DNA from: Eledone cirrhosa
Lineage: Eukaryota
Length of the DNA stretch: 64,000 bases
Direction: 5' to 3'
Assembly: GCA_964016885.1 (NCBI GenBank)
Contig: OZ024751.1
Location: 30,008,001 to 30,072,000, forward strand
The notes under the pieces were generated by a model, which saw only the letters and a list, made by a program, of their open reading frames with translations, was not told the origin of the DNA and did no database searches. This document shows positions 14,043 through 24,200 of this stretch, piece after piece (position 1 is the stretch's first letter; the number at the start of each line of letters is the position of its first letter). The position numbers were made by a program, and so were the translations under genes.

Positions 14043-14227
14043 ACGGAGTTGTGGTAAGGAACCAGATGGACCATAACGCACCGGAGTACTCAATACTTAA
14101 GGTAGTAGAGTGGGTAATAGGAAAAAGTATGACCCCGACGGCAGAGCTCAAGCTGTTTCGATGGCCATTTCAGAAATAGCTGTCGAAACGGCTTGAGCTC
14201 TGCCGTTGGGGTCATACTTTTTCCTAT
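14042..14227. mobile_element. Fold-back Penelope-like relic (family H4) in (TA)n
   Basis: 55-bp arms (14117-14171 / 14173-14227), 1-nt loop, 5 differences. Related fragments at 18262-18320 and 19490-19610 (AACAGCTAG..CTAGCTGTT-GAAA). Confidence 0.65.
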
Positions 14228-14748
14228 ATATGTATATATATATATATATGTGTATACACAGATGTATATATATGAGAGAGAGAGAGAGATCCCTATGTGT
14301 GGTTCGTGAGAACAAGGCTTACATTTTACAAGTTGAAGTACGAAATTCTTCAGGGTGTAGAATGTATACTTACTTATTTTTTACCATTTCTTCTATTTTG
14401 ATTCTTAAGAAATCTGGTCAAACATTGTGATGGTTACAGAACCATTTCTTGCTCATACCTTCCGTTCATTTTTTATATATTTTCCATGGCTCCATACCTT
14501 TCTTGACACTAACCATGTTAAAGAGTGAATTGGTACATATTATGATGGTACCAACACTACCAACCAGTGTATTGAGTACATATTATCATGACACCAACAC
14601 AAGAGTTATGTCCTTAGCAGGACTAAAGTGTCATCTCAACCCTTCATTGTTTCCATTTAATCTCCAGACTACAGATTATATAAACCCTGTTGAAGGTCTC
14701 TCTCTGTATATATCTATATCTATGTAGGGCGGGTAAAATTCTCGAGAT

Positions 14749-14779
<31 letters not shown>

Positions 14780-15339
14780 GGTATATGCAAATATATATTC
14801 ATTTGTTATGGTTAAGTAGTGAGTGTTGTTACTCTGGAGTTTCACTTGCACACTCAAAAGACCATCTGATAAGACTTGATGATTCCATGAGTGAGCAGGT
14901 GATTCAAAGAAAATTTTCAGAAAATTAAAAGATTAGAGGCAAAAATAAAACAAGATGGAGTAACAGATTAAGACCAGAAAGAAGAGGAGCTTCAAACGAT
15001 AACAAATAGTTGTTGAAGAGATCGCTGAGTGTGTAATGAAAGAATTCTGACAAACTAACCAATAACTAGTAATAAAGATAAAACGAAAAATTGAAAATCA
15101 TATGGTACACGGTTTTTATTGGCAAATCTGGCAACATGTCAGCCTCCATCACCAAAGCTTGTAATAGACCTAGGTCAGATGTCAATGTTAATCTCCAGTT
15201 GAAGTTGCTTATTAGATGTTTTACTAATCAGGACTAAATACATACGATTAATGTATGGGTTACAAATATATACATTATGTAGCTGTTGTGTACATAAAAT
15301 GTAATGATATTTAGCAGTGTGTAATGAATTAGAACCTGA

Positions 15340-15650
15340 GGGGACAAAAAGACTTCCAAGGTGTTAGTATATACCAACTAAACTACTTGGACCTGAAGCT
15401 GTGTAAAAGATAAAACACCTAGAAATTTAAGGGACTAGAATTCTTTCAAGGTGTAGGTACATACCAATTCAACTAGCTAGACACCAACCAATGTAGAAGA
15501 TAAAAGACCTAAACTTTCAGGGGTCTAGATGTAAGTATATACCAACTAAATTACTTGATCACCAAACAGTGCAGCAGATAAAAGACCAAGAAATTTAGGA
15601 GACTAGAAATTTTCCAAGGAGTCGGTACAAACCAACTAAACTACTTGGTC
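15340..15650. repeat. Degenerate ~80-90 bp tandem repeat, about 3.5 copies
   Basis: ACCAACTAAA-like anchor at ~15373, 15463, 15541 and 15631; AGATAAAASACC recurs. Confidence 0.75.
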
Positions 15651-15759
15651 CTCACCACCCACTCTTCTACCCTGCCAATAGATGGGATGTGTTTGAAAAT
15701 TATAATTGAATAAGTGACGACTAATTGATAATGTATATTGATAATGTATCATATTACTG

Positions 15760-15819
<60 letters not shown>

Positions 15820-16237
15820 ATATATACATACATATACATATGTGTGTAAATTAACTGATATATATGCATGGGTATTCCATTACCATACAATGTTTTATAT
15901 AGATATGTAATATGTATATTTATATGCATATGTACACACACACGTGTTCGTGTGTGTTGTAATTAAAATTCATTTAAATTCATACAAAAGTATCAGCATT
16001 ATATACACTTTGATTTTTCCAAAATTGAATTTATTCTACGCACACACACACACACACACATCTCATTTACATTCACACAAGCCAATATATATATGGAAAA
16101 AAACCCCACCAACATTTTATTGATATTATATACATCTATATTTTCAATATATTATACATACATACATACCATACATACATATATACATACACACATACAT
16201 GCATAAATACATATATACATACACACATACATACATA

Positions 16238-16700
16238 ACTAGATAGATAGATAGATATATCTATCAACATAACTATATAGATAGAAACATAGATTGATAT
16301 AGATATAGATAGATATAGATAGATAGATAGGTATAGATAGATATAGATACATAGATAGATATAGATATTTACATAGATAGATAGATATAGATATTTACAT
16401 AGATAGATAGATATAGATATAGATATTTACATAGATAGATAGATAGATAGATAGATATAGATATTTACATAGATAGATAGATAGATATAGATATTTACAT
16501 AGATAGATAGATAGATATAGATATTTACATAGATAGATAGATAGATATAGATATTTACATAGATAGATAGATATAGCTATAGATATTTAGATAGATAGAT
16601 AGATAGAGAGAGATATTTACATAGATAGATATAGATATTTAGATATTTAGATAGATAGATATAGATAGATATATATATAGATATAGCTAGATACAGATAG
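16238..16700. repeat. (GATA)n-based minisatellite with recurring ATATTTAC
   Basis: Direct inspection. Confidence 0.9.
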
Positions 16701-16890
16701 ATACATGGATATATATAGATATTTGGATAAATAGATAAAAAGATTGATAGAAAAAAAATAGAGAAAAGAAATTTCGATATCTTTCTTCGGCAAATGGATA
16801 TTTTTGTTGATTTTTATTCCTTTTATTCATGAGAATTAGTTCAATAATAGTTTGAATGGTGGGTAGAAAGTTTGATAATCTATAGCTTAC

Positions 16891-16964
16891 AGGTTCACAT
16901 AGCAGCGTTGCTGCCTTTCTAGTAACACAGACATACACTTCAGGTCTGATAGTCTGAAAACTTC
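16891..16964 (-). other. Candidate internal exon (74 nt) of an unidentified gene
   Basis: Minus strand: T-rich tract ...CCACATGTGTAATAG | GAAGTTTTC...GAACCT | GTAAGC; open frame EVFRLSDLKCMSVLLERQQRCYVN. Non-repetitive island, no homology recognised. Confidence 0.25.
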
Positions 16965-17255
16965 CTATTACACATGTGGAAAAAAAAAAAAAAAGAGCCC
17001 AGCCACCCTCATTCCTTATAACTCATAGCTGAAAAATCTATATGGTGTTTTTACATTGGGAATATATTCCACTTCTTTTGTCCTTATTAGGTGAGTAGTT
17101 GTTAATGAATTGTTAAATAGTGGTTAATTAATGGTTATAATTTACTACAATAATAATGGAATTATATATTGTGCACGTGTTTTATTAATATGTAGTTAAT
17201 ATGTTGTAATGTAATTAACTAGCTGTAAATTTTTTATATAAATTTCATGCTTGTG

Positions 17256-17317
<62 letters not shown>

Positions 17318-17919
17318 AGTGTTTGTGCATTTATAGGTATATAAATATGTGGGTGTGTGAGTATATATAAATATATATATATATATGTATACATGTATGC
17401 ATGCGTGTGTGCATATATATATGTGTGTGTGTGTGTGTGTGTATGTATATGTGTATATATATATATATATATTTACAAACACATACACGTGTGAGTCTGT
17501 CTGTGTGTTCATATATGCATTTTGTTATAAATTTCATGTTTGTTTTTGTATAATCATATATATGGTTTTGTGTATGTGTGTGTGTATATATATATATAAT
17601 ATATGTATACATGTATGAGTCTGTGTGTGTCTATGTGTACATGCGTAATCACACATATAAGTACACCCACATAATTGCAGATATGTTGATATATTTATAT
17701 ATATATATATAAATATATATATATATTTAAATATATATACTTGTATATGTATACATACATATGCGTCTGTGTATATTTATATATTTATACATGTGTGTAT
17801 ATATATATACCTATATATATACATATATATATATTTAAACACATCTGTATATATATATATATATATGTGTGTGTATATATGTATAGTATATATATATATA
17901 TGTGTGTATATATGTATAG

Positions 17920-17954
<35 letters not shown>

Positions 17955-17966
17955 ATATATGTATAG

Positions 17967-18003
<37 letters not shown>

Positions 18004-18015
18004 ATATATGTATAG

Positions 18016-18054
<39 letters not shown>

Positions 18055-18109
18055 ATATATGTATAGTATACATATATATATATACATATGTGTGTGTATA
18101 TATGTATAG

Positions 18110-18140
<31 letters not shown>

Positions 18141-18315
18141 ATATATGTATAGTATACATATATATATATACATATGTGTGTGTATATATGTATAGTATAT
18201 ATATATATATATATATACTATATACACACATGTATGCTTGTATAAGGTAATTTTATCCCGAGTCTGGAATTAGCTGTCAAAACAGCAAAAGCTCAACTAT
18301 CAGGCCCATACTTTC

Positions 18316-18346
<31 letters not shown>

Positions 18347-18355
<9 letters not shown>

Positions 18356-18570
18356 TGAAATAACAGATTAAAGTTTAAGCAAAGAATCGCTGCTTTCACC
18401 CTTAATGACTTTTTTAGTTTCAGAAGATCCTGTTAAGGGTGAAAGCAGCGATTCTTTGCTTAAACTTTAACCTGTTATTTTAATAAATATTTGCTCTACA
18501 GTTCTTATATATTTGATGTATATTTATCCTTATTGAGCCCTCTTTGGATTTTAGTCTTCAAATGTATTAT
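18347..18570 (+). mobile_element. Fold-back Penelope-like relic (family H5) in (TA)n
   Basis: ~58-bp arms (18347-18405 / 18433-18490) with a 27-nt loop; degenerate core CAGAAGA-TCCTGTTAAGGGT-GAAA at 18421-18444. Confidence 0.55.
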
Positions 18571-18573
18571 TAT

Positions 18574-18625
<52 letters not shown>

Positions 18626-18763
18626 GAACAAAAGATGGTTAAAAGAGTTCCATGTATTTTATTATGCGCATTTATATTATGTATACTCCAGTCCTACAAA
18701 CTGTAGAGTGCTTCTTATCCGATATCTGCATTGCTTTATTGTACTACAATAAAACTCACCTCC

Positions 18764-18827
<64 letters not shown>

Positions 18828-18923
18828 CATATATGTGTATGTATGTATGCAAGCATGCATGCATATGTATGTATGTATGTGTGTGTATTTATGTATATTA
18901 TATATATATATTATATATATATA

Positions 18924-18970
<47 letters not shown>

Positions 18971-20149
18971 TGTGTGTGTGTATTAGTATAGTATCTGCAA
19001 AAAATTATGAGGTATATGCTAAAAAAATAACATGAAAGTTAATCATTTCTTCTTCTTCTTCTTCTTCTTCTTCTTCTTCTTCTTCTTCTTCTTCTTCTTC
19101 TTCTTCTTCTTCTTCTGTATATTGTCCTCTATGGCTTTACAACTATTAGTCCAACACTCTATCCCCTAGGCTACAAAACTTCACCAGCAAAGTAATGTTG
19201 TCTTGGGAGAACTCTCTTACTCATATTATCAACTATAGAATGGTTTATGTCTGGCATATGGTACACCGTGCATAAATTCATATTATATAAGTTGCAGGAA
19301 AGATGGGAGTAAAATCTTCACAGTCTTATTCAACTTTAAGCAAATTCTTTTCACTGGTTGTGTTTTAACATTTTTTCTTTCTTTTACTTCTACTGAATCA
19401 ATTATATATACCATGTATACTTATGTATAAATCACGGCAGTAAATAAGTCACATGTTTGTTTTGCACGATATACTTTTGATTGAAAGCAGTGTAACAGCT
19501 AGACCTAAACTGGAACTAGCTGTTGAAATGGCAAGAGCTGAGCTGTTGGGCCCCAACTTTTTATAATATATTTATACTCTATTATCCCAAATATTGAGTA
19601 CTCTGTTAAGTAATAGTTTAACTAGTTCTATCTGGGTCTATCTATCTTGTTATATATATATCGTCATTATCATTTAACATTTATTTTCACTGCTAGCAGT
19701 GGTCAGTGGTAGTAAGAAACTCTGAGAAGGGGCTGGTCAGTAGAAGGTCTTCTGAGAAGAAACGCCCCTCAAGCAAGTGTTTCTGCCCTTAACCTCTTAT
19801 ATATATCCAACACATATATATATATACACATATATATCCAAGAGATGGTGAAATGAACATACCTGCTTTTTTTTGAAGAAATATTTTTCATTTCTATCCC
19901 CGGTCCCTCTCCTTTATCTTTCTATTTCTCCTTTAATTTCTCTTTTTATTTTCTAATGAAAGACTAGCCTCTGAAACATTAAGATTTTTCCTATTGTATT
20001 AATCATGAAATTAATATATATCTTCATTTTCTTCATCTTCTATTGTGTTATTTCCCTGTACTTTTCGCGCATATATATATATATATATATATGCCTTATT
20101 TTCTCGTGTATAAGTCTGTGTAAATAGAGCTCAAGAAGGTGTGATACTG

Positions 20150-20435
20150 GGTTTATGGTTAACTTGAATCTAGTACTTGCTTGAATCTGGTTCAACATTA
20201 AATTGAACTCAGTACTTGCTTGACATTGGTTCATGATTTAAATTGAGCCCAGAATTTGCTTGTCACAAGTTCATCATTGAATGTGCTCCAGTTTTTTCTT
20301 GATAATGTTTTATGCTTAAATTGAACCTTTAGTATGTTCTTGGCTTCAATTCTTCATTGAATATATCCCACTACTTATTTAACACTGGTTCAAGATTAAA
20401 TTAGGACCCAGCACTTGCTTGATGCTGGTTCATTT
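20150..20435. repeat. Old ~39-bp tandem repeat, about 7 copies
   Basis: Unit ~TTAAATTGAACCCAGTACTTGCTTGACACTGGTTCAACA. Confidence 0.75.
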
Positions 20436-20659
20436 TTATTGAAACTGAAATTATGGAAGACAATGTCTTGATGATGATGATGATGATGATACATACATCA
20501 TATATATAGAGTAGGTAGTACAATGAAATACTGGTGTTTTTTCTATTATGTATACGTATATATATATGCACATAAATATATGTAAATATATAGAAATTGA
20601 CAAGGAAAGAAATAGAACTACCCTTGTACGAGCAATAAATCTGATGTATATATGTACAC

Positions 20660-20701
<42 letters not shown>

Positions 20702-20746
20702 GTGTACATATATACATAATAAATCTGATGTATATATGTACACATG

Positions 20747-20777
<31 letters not shown>

Positions 20778-20778
<1 letters not shown>

Positions 20779-21110
20779 CACCTCTCAAAGGCGATGACAC
20801 ACGACCGTGACCTCTGGTGTCACGCAATAATACAGAGCACCCGACCTCCCACGGGTACAAGCTGAAGCATAATATAGACAATATGCCCACACACCCTCCC
20901 ACTGCAAGGTGGTCGTGGAGGTGCCACAGCAAAAAAGCACCCAGCCCATACTGTAAAGTGGACGTGGAGGTGCCACGGAAAAAGCACCCAGCACTCACTG
21001 TAAATGAGGTTAGTGTTAGGAAGGGCATCCAGCTGTAGAAATCAAGCCAGAATCAGTTCCCGTCCCACCCTTGCAAGCAGAGAACAGCGGACGTAAAATG
21101 ATGATGATGT
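20778..21110 (+). mobile_element. RTE LINE 3' end (ORF end + 3'UTR)
   Basis: Closely matches revcomp of 56170-56460, but ends in the CCCGTCCCACCCTTGCAAG..CGGACGTAAAA(TGA)n tail. Confidence 0.85.
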
Positions 21111-21130
21111 ATATAAGTGTATACAGATAT

Positions 21131-21640
21131 ATTTCTCATTCTTAGTACGGCTGATACTTAAATATAAGAATATAATACTAAGAATGAGAAATGAAATTTC
21201 ATTTTTTCCATTTATCGTTTTCGGTACGCCCGGCCAACTAACTCACTCGATATGCAAATTAGGCTGCTCAGCCGTTAATATGCATAAGGAAAGTATATAC
21301 TTTCAAACGTTCAATCAACTGACAGGAAGGTATACGGTGCTGATGATAGCTAATAAGCTAGAAACTAGTTCATCGTTCCTTTGTCAGTGTTGAACAAAAG
21401 GGCAACGATGGTTGCCGAACACTGTACGGCTAATAATTCGGGCTGTTTGTTTACAAACAAACCGAGCATTATAATAAATGTTCGCTAAACCCATACGTAC
21501 ATATATGTATGTGTGCATGTATGTATGTATATACATACTACTGTACGTCTGTATACATATATGTATGAACGTATACATACTTACATTTAAGTATCAGCCG
21601 TACTAAGAGTGAGAAATGAAATTTCATTTTTTCCATTTAT
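21131..21640 (+). mobile_element. Retrozyme/Penelope-pLTR-like non-coding element (family H1): 425-bp unit, 40-bp terminal direct repeat, 38-bp inverted 5' piece
   Basis: Direct repeat 21176-21215 = 21601-21640 (1 mismatch); 21131-21168 is the revcomp of 21580-21617 (2 mismatches); contains a hammerhead at 21334-21376; no meaningful ORF. Confidence 0.75.
21334..21376 (+). ncRNA. Minimal type I hammerhead ribozyme
   Basis: Stem I ACGGTG/CATCGT; core CTGATGA (21340-46); stem II TAGC-TAATAA-GCTA; GAAA (21361-64); palindromic CTAG loop III; UU cleavage site (21369-70). Stem I extends via ACTGACA-GGAAGG / CCTT-TGTCAGT. Confidence 0.8.
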
Positions 21641-21764
21641 ATATATATAAACATATGTTCAATATAGCAGGACTGTTGATTTATTAAAGCGGGGACTTGT
21701 TTTTTAACTTCTTATCAAACTCTAGCCTGGAAAAACATACATAAAATAGGTTGATATGATGATG

Positions 21765-21848
<84 letters not shown>

Positions 21849-22052
21849 GTAATATTTTATGAATTACATATCCAGAGTACATGCATATATATGCATCTAT
21901 GTGTTTACATATATATATATATGTGTGTATGTGTATACACAAATATATATATATATATATGTGTGTGTCTGTGTGTGTATACACAAATATATATATATGT
22001 GTGTCTGTGTGTGTATACACAAATATATATATATGTGTGTGTGTGTGTATAC

Positions 22053-22093
<41 letters not shown>

Positions 22094-22094
22094 A

Positions 22095-22125
<31 letters not shown>

Positions 22126-22991
22126 CACACACACTTTTATTCATTTTTAGAAAAAACTTATTAGCTTATATATTGCATATATTCCTATTTCTAGTCATAT
22201 ATATGAACATGTAACATGCACAGATGTTGTTATGTGTATACATGTATACATACATATGTTAATATGTATGTATACATGTATACATACATATGTTAATATG
22301 TGGCAGATTTTTTTTTTTCTCCATATTTCAATTTATATTTCTTTAGCAGAAGTAGCACGTTATATGATTATGAGTTCAAGCCTTGCTCCTGACTATTTAT
22401 TTAAGCCCCAGGCAATCCACATTATATATTAATTGCCTCACGGTTAGAACATGTAATTCATGAGTAAAATCCATATTTTTTTTCTACTGTAGCCCCAACC
22501 AAATATTGAACTTGTAAAAAAATTAAACCTATTCCTTTTAACTTCAACACAGATACAATAAAATATCTTCTCAATATAAAATGTTGAAAATAACTTTCAC
22601 TACAATATTGTTAACTCAGTTTCTTTAATAGTTTTTTTTTTTGGGGGGGGGGGGGGGGGTAGTGAATGCAGGTAGAATGTTTAAGGTAGCTGGCTATATA
22701 TTTATATATTAATGCTATATTAATATATCCATTTATTCATATATCTATATGTATGCATGTATGTATGTATGTATGTATATAAATGTATGTGTGTATATAT
22801 ATATGATATTGGTGATGATGATGATATATATATATGTATGTGTGTCTGTGTATATATATACAAAAGAACTGTGTGCTTGTGTGGGGAGATGCTATGAAAT
22901 TGCTTATAAACTAGGGTGAAGACCCTTAAAGAAGGAAAAAAGTGGGCATCAGCCACTACATATATATTTGTGTGTGTATGTATACATAAAT

Positions 22992-23270
22992 ATCATCATC
23001 ATCATCATCATCGTTTAACGTCCATCTTCCACGTTTGCATGGGTTTGGACGGGAATTTTCCCACTTGAGGCAAGAGTGGTTGACTTGCTCGTATAGGACT
23101 GTCTGGCGGGTTTTCTACAGCTGGATGCCCTTCCTAACACCAACCACGTTTACAGTGTGGACTGGGAGGTTTTTACCGTGTTACCTACACGGCCACATTA
23201 CAGCGTGGACTGTGTTTTTTTGTCGTGACACCTACACGACCTCATTTATTTCGGACTGGATGTTGTGGTA
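22992..23270 (-). mobile_element. RTE-related 3' tail element (variant subfamily)
   Basis: Revcomp contains GGTTGGTGTTAGGAAGGGCATCCAGCTGTAGAAA and a GGACGTTAAAC(GAT)n tail; the same tail occurs at 34508-34602. Confidence 0.7.
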
Positions 23271-23403
23271 CCAACATAACTTTACATTGAAAGGGGTGGT
23301 GTGGGTGGGGTGGGGGTAGTGGGACGGGGGGGGGGGTGTATTTTTGTTAGAGGTGACTACTGACTGTAGTAGGTTTCGCTTTGTATATATGTATATATAT
23401 ATG

Positions 23404-23550
23404 TAAAAGGTAAACAGAAATAACATCACAGTATATGGAAGGAATATATTAGGTTTAACGCTTGAGATAGCAGGAAGGGGATCTTAACGTTTCAGACGCT
23501 AGTCCTTCATCAAAAGAAAGAATGAGAAATTAGAAAAATTGAAGGTGTGA
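23404..23550 (-). mobile_element. Penelope-like relic (family H3) with degenerate hammerhead
   Basis: Revcomp of 52190-52322; motif TCTT-TTGATGA-A-GGAC-TAGC-GTCT-GAAA-CG-TT-AAGA at 23482-23517. Confidence 0.65.
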
Positions 23551-23792
23551 TATATATATATACATTCATACATTCATATATATAATATATATATATATTA
23601 TATTATGATGTCTATTACCATCATCATCATGGGTTTCCTATCCGTTTTAATTTTTTCCATGTTGGCATAGTAACTTATTCAGGGGTTTTCTCACACTTCC
23701 TGATACAAACCCTTAGCTTATTCTACATTTGACATACACATATTTATTTGCACACACACACATACATATATATTCATATTTATATCACTACC

Positions 23793-24007
23793 ATGTAGGC
23801 GCCACAGCAAAAAAAGCACCCAGCACTCACTGTAAATGAGGTTGGTGTTAGGAAGGGAATCCAGCTGTAGAAATCAAGCCAGAATCAGTTCCTGTGTGAG
23901 CAAGGCATGGTCAGCCGACCAGACACTGCCCACAACAGGACAGCCCGTCTAACCCATGCTAGTGTGGAAGAACGGACGTAAAACGGTGATGATGATGATG
24001 ATCATCA
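23793..24007 (+). mobile_element. RTE LINE 3'UTR fragment
   Basis: Matches revcomp of 56071-56270, including the ACCCATGCTAG..GACGTAAAACGG(TGA)n tail. Confidence 0.85.
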
Positions 24008-24111
24008 TCATAATTTAATAAGAAATGGGGATGATGATGATGACTTGTATGTATGTATGTATGTATATATATATGTTATGTGTGTGTGTGTATATATATA
24101 TATATATGCAC

Positions 24112-24156
<45 letters not shown>

Positions 24157-24165
24157 CATACATAT

Positions 24166-24200
<35 letters not shown>

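Noticed and set aside
14117-14227. miRNA precursor
   Set aside because: The stem is too long and perfect with a 1-nt loop and belongs to a repeat family; this cannot be supported without small-RNA data.
14890-15030. Coiled-coil-like reading frame FKENFQKIKRLEAKIKQDGVTD*DQKEEELQ
   Set aside because: Internal stops and no recognisable family; possibly decayed TE coding sequence.
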